A DNA stretch of 48,026 bases, from positions 1 to 48,026 of the forward strand of contig CAYSME010000001.1 of assembly GCA_964432085.1 (NCBI GenBank), written 5' to 3'. The DNA is from an uncultured Gammaproteobacteria bacterium. Lineage in GTDB: Bacteria > Patescibacteriota > Microgenomatia > UBA12405. The position numbers and the translations under genes were made by a program. Positions 35,246 to 42,323 of the stretch are shown piece by piece. Each line of letters starts with the position of its first letter. Position 1 is the first letter of the stretch. Under the pieces are notes generated by a model, which did not search any database, was not told the DNA's origin, and worked only from the letters and a program-made list of their open reading frames with translations.

Positions 35246-36345
35246 ATTTAGAATCTATCATTAATCAATCACCTTATATTTTCTTTTTTTTAGTGGTTGA
35301 TAAATTTTTAGATATAGAAATTCCCCAATTAAAAAATTTCGAAAAAATTTATCTTTCTGATTATCCTTCAATAAAAGAAAAAAATAGTGGTAAATTACTT
35401 GCCAATAAAAAAGTTATTGATTATATTTTAAAAAAATCCCAAAAAACTAATCTAATTCCAGCAATTATTCCCTTTAAACCATCAGCTAAAATTGATTTTA
35501 TTTGCAAAAAATATAATTGGATAAATATCAGTAACCCCGGACCAATCAATCGTTTTCTGGAAGATAAAATCAAATTTGCCAAACTTTGCCAAAAATATAA
35601 ATTACCAACCATTCCTTTTTCAATTGATTCTTTTTCGCAAAAAAATTTTTTAAAATACCAAAAAATTTATAGCCAAAAGCTAGTTATTCAAACTCATTTT
35701 GGTTGGGCTGGTAATAGTACATTTTCAGCCGAATCTTGGGATGAAATTAAAAATAAAATTTCTCCAGATATAATCGTCAAATATAGTCCTTTTATTCAAT
35801 CTTCCTATTCTCTATTAAACAATTGCTGTTTCACTAAATTTGGATTAATTCAAAGTCCTCCAGCACTCCAATACACCGGAATTACTCCCTACACCAAAAA
35901 TCTTTTTACTACTGTGGGTCGTCAATGGCCATCAATGGCTTCTCAAAAAATAATCAACAGGATAAAAAAAATAACCAATAATTTTGGAAAAATTTTAAAA
36001 AATGTTAACTATAAAGGTTTTTTTGGTTTAGATTTTTTAATTACCAATAATGAAATTTTTTTATTGGAATGTAATCCTCGCCTAACTGCTTCTTTCAGTT
36101 TTTATACCAAAATAGAACAAAATCAAAACATTACTCCTCTTTTTTATTTTCACCTCGCAGAATTTTTAAAGCTAAATTATCAAATTAATCTCAAAAAAGA
36201 ACAATCAAGATTTGATAATAAAAAAATTATCGGTTCCGAAATAACTCCTAAAAATAAATTTAATCACACTTATAAAAAATTAAATTTTGATTATCCTCTA
36301 TCAAAAACCACCAATCCAATTTCTATTTCTCCAAAAATTAAATGA
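35233..36345 (+). CDS. ATP-grasp family ligase, substrate unknown
   Basis: EDKIKFAKLCQKYKLPTIP, VIQTHFGWAGNSTF and YKGFFGLDFLITNNEIFLLECNPRLTASFSF (CPSase-like E-x-NPR block). Confidence 0.65.
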   Translation: MSKINLESIINQSPYIFFFLVVDKFLDIEIPQLKNFEKIYLSDYPSIKEKNSGKLLANKKVIDYILKKSQKTNLIPAIIPFKPSAKIDFICKKYNWINISNPGPINRFLEDKIKFAKLCQKYKLPTIPFSIDSFSQKNFLKYQKIYSQKLVIQTHFGWAGNSTFSAESWDEIKNKISPDIIVKYSPFIQSSYSLLNNCCFTKFGLIQSPPALQYTGITPYTKNLFTTVGRQWPSMASQKIINRIKKITNNFGKILKNVNYKGFFGLDFLITNNEIFLLECNPRLTASFSFYTKIEQNQNITPLFYFHLAEFLKLNYQINLKKEQSRFDNKKIIGSEITPKNKFNHTYKKLNFDYPLSKTTNPISISPKIK

Positions 36346-37514
36346 AAGAAACTAAGTCCCCATTATTGTTTTTAGTTTTTAGTCTGGTCTTTATCGGCCT
36401 GATTTTTATTTCCATCTCATCACTGGGTGAAGCTAGTTCATCTATTGGTGACAAGTTTTTTTATATAAAAAAACAAGGATTTTGGCTTATAGTTGGAATA
36501 ATATGTTTTTATATCACTTCTAAAATTAATATCAAAACCATTAAAAAATTTTCTTTTATCTTTTATGCTATTTCCATTCTCAGTTTAATTTTAGTTCTAA
36601 TTCCCAATCTAGGAAATGAGGCTCTCGGAGCCAGACGTTGGTTAAACTTGGGATTTACCAGTATTCAGCCTTCCGAAATTTTAAAACTAACCTCAATTAT
36701 TTATTTTCCTTTTCTATTTTCTGATCCTAAAAATCGTAATATAAAAAATCTAATTTTTTATTTAGGGTTGCCTTTTATTCTAATAATTATTGAACCAAAT
36801 CTTAGTACTGCCATTTTAATTTCCGCCATAGTTAGCTCTATTTATTACATTTCTGGAGGCAATGTGGTTCCGCTTTTTTACATTTTTTGCATTATCCTGA
36901 TAGTCAGTGTTCCTTTAGTTTTTTTATCACCATACCGATCTGCCCGGTTAAAAACATTTCTAGACCCGCAAGAAAACACCGAAACTTCCTCATACCACAG
37001 TAATCAAATAATTTTATCTCTTTCTTCCGGTGGTTTTTTTGGTAAAGGTTTTGCTAATTCAGATCAAAAATATAAATTTCTTCCCAAAATCTCTACTGAC
37101 TCTATTCTCGCCGTTATTGGTGAAGAAATTGGTTTTATTGGAATTTTTTCTGTTTTGTTAATTTATCTCTCTTTAATAAATTACCTTCTAAAATTCTCTC
37201 AAATTATAGAAGATCCGTTTCAAAGTTTATTAGTGGCTGGAAGTGCTTGTTGGATTGCCTATCAAAGCTTGATTAATATTTCTGCCATTGCCGCCCTTAT
37301 ACCTTTAACTGGGGTCCCTCTTCCTTTTATTTCTTATGGTGGATCTTCTCTGGTCACTCTTTTTATTGTAGTTGGATTAGTCAGAAATATCGAAAAAAAC
37401 CAAAAAATGCTGATATACTCAAAGAGTGACCATAACAAAAAAGACGATCATAATCACCGGAACACATCTAACCCCAGCCTTAGAACTCATTCATCAACTG
37501 AAAAACGACCATAA
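36342..37514 (+). CDS. ftsW: SEDS-family peptidoglycan glycosyltransferase FtsW
   Basis: GARRWLNLGFTSIQPSEILKL, TDSILAVIGEEIGFIG and PLTGVPLPFISYGGSS. It sits in the dcw position. Confidence 0.85.
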   Translation: MKETKSPLLFLVFSLVFIGLIFISISSLGEASSSIGDKFFYIKKQGFWLIVGIICFYITSKINIKTIKKFSFIFYAISILSLILVLIPNLGNEALGARRWLNLGFTSIQPSEILKLTSIIYFPFLFSDPKNRNIKNLIFYLGLPFILIIIEPNLSTAILISAIVSSIYYISGGNVVPLFYIFCIILIVSVPLVFLSPYRSARLKTFLDPQENTETSSYHSNQIILSLSSGGFFGKGFANSDQKYKFLPKISTDSILAVIGEEIGFIGIFSVLLIYLSLINYLLKFSQIIEDPFQSLLVAGSACWIAYQSLINISAIAALIPLTGVPLPFISYGGSSLVTLFIVVGLVRNIEKNQKMLIYSKSDHNKKDDHNHRNTSNPSLRTHSSTEKRP

Positions 37515-38502
37515 AATTGATTGGCAGATAAACTACATCGGTCGAAAAAACAATTCCAGTGTTAATAGTAATCCTTCAATCGAATCTAAAATTATTCCTA
37601 AATTAGGAATAAATTTTTACTCAATCAATGTTGGTAAATTAGATCGCCGCTGGCTTCCAAATACCATTAAAGGCCTTCCTCAAACCATTAAATCTTTATC
37701 CATATCGCTTAAATTAATAAAAAAAATAAAACCAGATATCATTGTTTCTTTCGGGGGTTATGTTTCTGTGCCGGTAATTATTGGTGGATTTTTTAAAAAA
37801 GTTCCGTCAATTACTCATGAACAAACATTAACCAATAGTTTAACCACTAAAATAAATAGTCATTTTGTTAATAAAATTGCTCTCTCTTTTGATAATCCCA
37901 AACAAAAAGCTAATCTTCCAAAAAATAAAATAGTAATCACCGGAAATCTTTTAAGACAAGAACTTTTTTACCCTCCCAAAAGTAAAATAGGGGATAATAT
38001 TGATATTTTCATAACTGCTGGAAATCAAGGTTCTCATATAATAAATTTATTAATCAAGAAAATTCTCCCCAAATTGAAAAATTATTTTATTATTCATCAA
38101 ACAGGTAAAAATGATTTTTTCAGTTTTAAAAAATTAACCAATATTTATTCTAAATATAAAGTTTTCGACTATCTAGAGTCCAACGATATTGCTCATGTTT
38201 TAAACAAAACTAATTTAATAATCAGTCGTTCTGGTGCCAACACCAGCCAAGAAATTGTTGCCTTAAATAAAAAATCAATTTTAATTCCTCTAAAAATTAG
38301 CCAACAAAACGAACAGCTATTAAATGCCTTTTGGGTCAAAGAAAAAAACCCACAAAACACCATAATAATAGAAGAAAAAGACCTCACCCAAGAAACTTTA
38401 TTAAACAGTATTAACCAGTTAATCACCAACAAAACTAAAAACAGTTTTATTAAAAATAATAATAATCTAAAACTTTTAAACTTAATTCATGAAATTATTT
38501 AA
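37426..38502 (+). CDS. murG: UDP-GlcNAc:lipid I N-acetylglucosaminyltransferase
   Basis: GTG start and a degenerate G-loop ITGTHLTPALEL (canonical GGTGGHxFPALA). Also ITAGNQGSHIIN, SRSGANTSQEI and QNEQLLNA. It overlaps ftsW by 89 nt. Confidence 0.75.
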   Translation: MTITKKTIIITGTHLTPALELIHQLKNDHKIDWQINYIGRKNNSSVNSNPSIESKIIPKLGINFYSINVGKLDRRWLPNTIKGLPQTIKSLSISLKLIKKIKPDIIVSFGGYVSVPVIIGGFFKKVPSITHEQTLTNSLTTKINSHFVNKIALSFDNPKQKANLPKNKIVITGNLLRQELFYPPKSKIGDNIDIFITAGNQGSHIINLLIKKILPKLKNYFIIHQTGKNDFFSFKKLTNIYSKYKVFDYLESNDIAHVLNKTNLIISRSGANTSQEIVALNKKSILIPLKISQQNEQLLNAFWVKEKNPQNTIIIEEKDLTQETLLNSINQLITNKTKNSFIKNNNNLKLLNLIHEII

Positions 38503-38869
38503 AATTTTTTTATTTTTAATTTTTTTATCAAGTTTGTCTTTTTCAATTTATTCATTCGTCAGTTCATCAAAATCTAAATTAGATCCAAATTCTGATAAAA
38601 ACAATTTTTATCTTCAATTAGAACATGGTTTAAAAATTGCCCAACTTGATATTGTCAAAAAATCTATTAAGGATTATCAAAATCAACTAGAATTCTATAT
38701 AATTAATGAAAGCCATCCAATCAAAATTATTTTGTCCACTCAAAAAAATCCTTATTGGCAAATAGCTTCTTTACAAGAAATCTTTAAAACAGCTAAAATT
38801 AATAATAAACAATTGCAACTAGTTGATCTGAGCATCAACCATCCATATGCAACATTCAAAAATAATTAA
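38489..38869 (+). CDS. FtsQ/DivIB-position small bitopic protein
   Basis: 126 aa with an N-terminal TM helix. It lies between murG and ftsA. There is no recognisable POTRA motif, so the call is by position only. Confidence 0.35.
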   Translation: MKLFKIFLFLIFLSSLSFSIYSFVSSSKSKLDPNSDKNNFYLQLEHGLKIAQLDIVKKSIKDYQNQLEFYIINESHPIKIILSTQKNPYWQIASLQEIFKTAKINNKQLQLVDLSINHPYATFKNN

Positions 38870-40103
38870 TATAATCGACATCGGCACTTCCAAAATTACT
38901 ACCTTGGTTGGACAATATTTTGATACTGAAGATAAATTTAATATTGTCGCCGTTTCTTCAATTCCAGCCTTAGGTTTTCGTAAAGGTCAAATAATTAATC
39001 TAGAACAAGCTTCGCAAACCATCACTCAAAGCATTGAATCTGCCGAAAGAATGGCTGGATTTCAAATAAATAATGCCCACATTTCTATATCTGCCCCATA
39101 CATCGAATCAATTAATTCTCATGGTGTTGTAGCAATCAGTAATCCAAACGGAGAAATTGATGCTAATGACATTATTCGAGTCACTGAAGCCGCCAAAGCT
39201 ATTTCTTTACCTAGTGGAAAAGAGATCATTCATATTATTCAAAGAAAATTCACTGTTGATGGACAAGAGGGAGTTATTGATCCAATCGGAATGAACGGCA
39301 TTCGACTTGAAATTGAAGCTCATTTAATCTTAGCTTCCAGTCCTGCCTTAAAAAATCTTAAAAAATGTTTTGAAGATATTGGTATTAAAATAGAATCTCT
39401 CACTTATGCTGGTTTAAGTACTGCCACCGCTGCTCTTACCGACACCGAAAAAGAACTTGGTGTTGCTCTTGTCGATATTGGTGGCTCAGTTACCAACATT
39501 ACAATTTTTGTTGAAGGTTCACCAGTTTTTTCATCGGTTATTCCCATCGGTGCCAATAATGTCACTAATGATCTGGCTATTGGTCTTCGTTTTTCAATCG
39601 AAGATGCTGAAAAAATAAAATTAAAATTAACTAAATTATCAGAAACTAAAAAATTTGAAGATGAAATTGAACTATCACACTTCGATATTCATAATGAAGA
39701 TAAAAAGAAAATTTCACTTCAAACTGCCATAAACGGCATTATTAAACCCCGACTTGAAGAAATATTTAATTTAATTTATTCTCAAATTGAAGCTAGTGGC
39801 TTTCATCAATCAATTCCTGCCGGAATTGTTTTAACTGGTGGTGGAGCTATGACAGTTAATGCCAAAGAAATTTGTAATCATATTATTCCTTTACCACTAA
39901 GAATCGCCAGCCCACCAAAAGTCGGAGGCATAGTTGATGATATTATAAATCCAGCATATACTAGCACTATTGGTCTTTTGCTTTATAATAAAAATACCAA
40001 AAAAAGCAGCGGATCAGGTTCTAAAGGAATTAAAGCCCCCAAAGTTTCTATGAGTGGATTTTTTGGTAAAGTCAAAAAAATACTAGAACCACTTTTACCC
40101 TAA
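38847..40103 (+). CDS. ftsA: cell division protein FtsA
   Basis: IIDIGTSKITTLVG, ALVDIGGSVTNITIF, IVLTGGGAM and a C-terminal amphipathic tail GFFGKVKKILEPLL. Confidence 0.9.
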   Translation: MQHSKIINIIDIGTSKITTLVGQYFDTEDKFNIVAVSSIPALGFRKGQIINLEQASQTITQSIESAERMAGFQINNAHISISAPYIESINSHGVVAISNPNGEIDANDIIRVTEAAKAISLPSGKEIIHIIQRKFTVDGQEGVIDPIGMNGIRLEIEAHLILASSPALKNLKKCFEDIGIKIESLTYAGLSTATAALTDTEKELGVALVDIGGSVTNITIFVEGSPVFSSVIPIGANNVTNDLAIGLRFSIEDAEKIKLKLTKLSETKKFEDEIELSHFDIHNEDKKKISLQTAINGIIKPRLEEIFNLIYSQIEASGFHQSIPAGIVLTGGGAMTVNAKEICNHIIPLPLRIASPPKVGGIVDDIINPAYTSTIGLLLYNKNTKKSSGSGSKGIKAPKVSMSGFFGKVKKILEPLLP

Positions 40104-40105
40104 TT

Positions 40106-41284
40106 ATGGGATTAATTAAAACTCTTACTGGACAATTTGCCAAAATAAAAGTCATCGGTGTTGGTGGCGGTGGTAATAATGCCATTAATTCAATGATTGC
40201 CGAAGATGCCATTAATGGTGTTGATTTTATTGCTGTTAACACTGATTCTCAGGCTCTACTAAATTCTCTTGCTTCAATTAAAATCCAAATCGGCGAAAAA
40301 TTAACCAAAGGACTCGGTGCCGGTGGTAATCCCCAAATGGGACAAAAAGCCGCCGAAGAGTCTAAAGAAAGAATCAAAGAAGTTTTACAAGGTACTGACA
40401 TGGTCTTTATTACCGGTGGAATGGGTGGTGGAACATGCACCGGTGCTGCTCCGATTATTGCCCAAATTGCCAAAAAAGAATTAGGAATTTTAACCATCGG
40501 TGTTGTTACTAAACCGTTTTTATTTGAAGGCACTCGTCGCATGACTAATGCCGAAGAGGGGATTTCTCAACTAAGAGAAAATGTCGACACTTTAATTGTC
40601 ATTCCCAATCAAAAAGTCATGGAAGTCGTTAATAATAAAGCTACTCTTTTAGAAGCTTTTAAAATAGCTGATTCTGTTTTAAGTAAAGGCACTAAAGCCA
40701 TCGCTGATTTAATCACTATTCCCGGGCTAATAAACCTTGATTTTGCCGATATTAAAACTGTTATGAGTAATGCCGGTTCCGCTCTTATGGGAGTCGGAGA
40801 AGCTGAAGGCGACAATAGAATTCAAAAAGCTGTTGAAGATGCTGTTAATTCTCCATTAGTTGAAGTTGATATCGAAGGAGCCAGAGGAGTTTTAATTAAC
40901 GTTACTGGTGGTCCAGATATTACCATGGCTGAAATCGAAGAAGCCGCCAGAAATATCACCGAACGAACTGCACCTGATGCCAATATTATTTTTGGTGCCA
41001 CTATTGATAAAGAATTAAAAGGCAAAGTCAAAATATCAGTTATCGCCACTGGTTTCGATTCCAATCGATCCAGTCTCTACCATCAAATTAAAAAACCACA
41101 ACCAACACTAATTAATCTTCCCAAACCCACACCGACTGAAAATCCCGAAATTAAAAAGAACACTGAACCTTCGGAATTAAATGACGATCAAATAAAAGAA
41201 TTTTTAAACACCAAAGAAGTTCCTGTCGGTATCGATATTGTCGACGAGTACGACATCCCCGCCTTTTTAAGAAAAAATAAATAA
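40106..41284 (+). CDS. ftsZ: cell division GTPase FtsZ
   Basis: GVGGGGNNAINSM, NTDSQAL, GMGGGTCTGAAP (tubulin signature with Cys at the fifth position) and a C-terminal DIPAFLRK peptide. Confidence 0.97.
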   Translation: MGLIKTLTGQFAKIKVIGVGGGGNNAINSMIAEDAINGVDFIAVNTDSQALLNSLASIKIQIGEKLTKGLGAGGNPQMGQKAAEESKERIKEVLQGTDMVFITGGMGGGTCTGAAPIIAQIAKKELGILTIGVVTKPFLFEGTRRMTNAEEGISQLRENVDTLIVIPNQKVMEVVNNKATLLEAFKIADSVLSKGTKAIADLITIPGLINLDFADIKTVMSNAGSALMGVGEAEGDNRIQKAVEDAVNSPLVEVDIEGARGVLINVTGGPDITMAEIEEAARNITERTAPDANIIFGATIDKELKGKVKISVIATGFDSNRSSLYHQIKKPQPTLINLPKPTPTENPEIKKNTEPSELNDDQIKEFLNTKEVPVGIDIVDEYDIPAFLRKNK

Positions 41285-41288
41285 AACT

Positions 41289-41540
41289 CTAATAATAAAC
41301 TTCTCTTCGATGAGCTACTTTTAGTATATAAATCTTATTTCCTTTTATTTCAAAAATGACTCGATAATCTCCAATTCGATATCTATATTCACCTAATTTA
41401 AAATTAACCAATCTTTTCGATATTTTTAATGGATCATTTCTCAGTAAAATCATTTTTTTACCAATTCTTTTTTTAACCACACTGTCTAATTTACCAATTT
41501 CTGATACCGCTTTTTTTGTAATTAAAATCTCATATTCCAC
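41289..41540 (-). CDS. RelE/ParE-family type II toxin
   Basis: 83 aa with KLGEYRYRIGDYRVIFEI ... IYILKVAHRREVY, typical of RelE/ParE. There is a 3-nt gap to the upstream antitoxin gene. Confidence 0.8.
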   Translation of the reverse strand: MEYEILITKKAVSEIGKLDSVVKKRIGKKMILLRNDPLKISKRLVNFKLGEYRYRIGDYRVIFEIKGNKIYILKVAHRREVYY

Positions 41541-41543
41541 TAT

Positions 41544-41792
41544 CTATATTTTGCCAAAAATTTCTTCAAAAGGATACACCTCACCATTTTTAATATTTTT
41601 TCGGGCCTCTTCTATATCTTTTTTATATTCAGGATTAGCCAAAGCTAATAAATCTTCCAACATATCAATATTTATAATTGCTGATTTAATTTTTCCTCGA
41701 CTAGAAATCAAAACAAAATTTTTCTTGTTCTCGACCAAATCTAATGTATCAGCTAAATTGTTTCTTAAAATTGTACTTGTTACTGTGTTCAT
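41544..41792 (-). CDS. Phd/YefM-family type II antitoxin
   Basis: 82 aa with an N-terminal TILRNNLADTLDLVENKKNFVLISSRGK pattern. It is directly upstream of the toxin. Confidence 0.75.
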   Translation of the reverse strand: MNTVTSTILRNNLADTLDLVENKKNFVLISSRGKIKSAIINIDMLEDLLALANPEYKKDIEEARKNIKNGEVYPFEEIFGKI

Positions 41793-41797
41793 ATCTA

Positions 41798-41826
41798 AAT
41801 GTACATTTTAATTGTACATTTGTCAA
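41798..41826 (-). promoter_or_regulatory. TA promoter with embedded operator repeats; predicts a leaderless antitoxin mRNA
   Basis: Minus strand: TTGACA-17 nt-TACATT, then 5 nt, then ATG. Two AATGTACA(A/T)TT repeats, each with a TGTACA palindrome (41800-41805 and 41813-41818), fill the spacer and -10 region. No SD is present. Confidence 0.55.
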
Positions 41827-41855
41827 CAAGTAATTCTAAAAAAATCCAAAAAAAT

Positions 41856-41927
41856 AGCGGCCAGGGAAAATAAAGTGTTTTGTTGATACCATCGGCACCA
41901 CACTTTATTTTTTATTCCCCGACCGCT
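41856..41927 (-). terminator. long imperfect hairpin followed by T-runs (terminator or structured RNA) downstream of the small acidic ORF
   Basis: Arms AGCGGCCAGGGAAAATAAAGTGT / ACACTTTATTTTTTATTCCCCGACCGCT give about 20 bp paired around a bulge, with a 21-nt loop. On the minus strand it is followed by ATTTTTTTGGATTTTTTT. Confidence 0.5.
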
Positions 41928-42003
41928 AATTTGCTTTGACCAAAAGCCGATTTTTTGTCGAAATTGACAATTCTCAGCTTCCAACCGTTATTTTTTGGAT
42001 AAA

Positions 42004-42150
42004 CTAGAAAATAAATTCTACTAGTTTCACCAAAAAACCTGGACCGAATACCAAAAGGACAAGAATTAATGATATGATTCCAGGACCAAATTCCTGAACA
42101 TCTTCGCCTTCGTACTCCTCTTCGTATTCCTCTTCATCTTTAGAATTCAT
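42004..42150 (-). CDS. small acidic-headed single-TM protein (48 aa), not in the ORF track
   Basis: MNSKDEEEYEEEYEGEDVQEFGPGIISLILVLLVFGPGFLVKLVEFIF. It has one of only two strong SDs seen in the window (AAAGGAG, 7 nt before the ATG). Confidence 0.45.
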   Translation of the reverse strand: MNSKDEEEYEEEYEGEDVQEFGPGIISLILVLLVFGPGFLVKLVEFIF

Positions 42151-42323
42151 TTGAATTCTCCTTTCTTTTTTTTGTACTTTTTTTATTTTAAATCAGAAGC
42201 TTACTCCTGATAAATTAAAAAATTGTATTTAGTTCAATAATTGCTTATTAAACTGTCCTATAATATCATACTTGCTATTAAAAGTCAATATCTTAAGCCC
42301 AAAAGATAGTGTAAAATACAACT

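Noticed and set aside
41830-42003. tRNA, SRP RNA or other housekeeping RNA in the large intergenic region.
   Set aside because: There is no cloverleaf, no GTTCGAATC-like T-arm, and no SRP domain IV motif (GGAA tetraloop with AGCA/GGCAG symmetric loops). The structure is a single long hairpin followed by T-runs.
42151-42323. T-box or other leader upstream of ileS (and upstream of glyQS at 23129-23147).
   Set aside because: No T-box sequence, specifier-loop architecture or terminator hairpin is visible. The ileS upstream region is 173 nt of AT-rich sequence, and the glyQS gap is only 19 nt.
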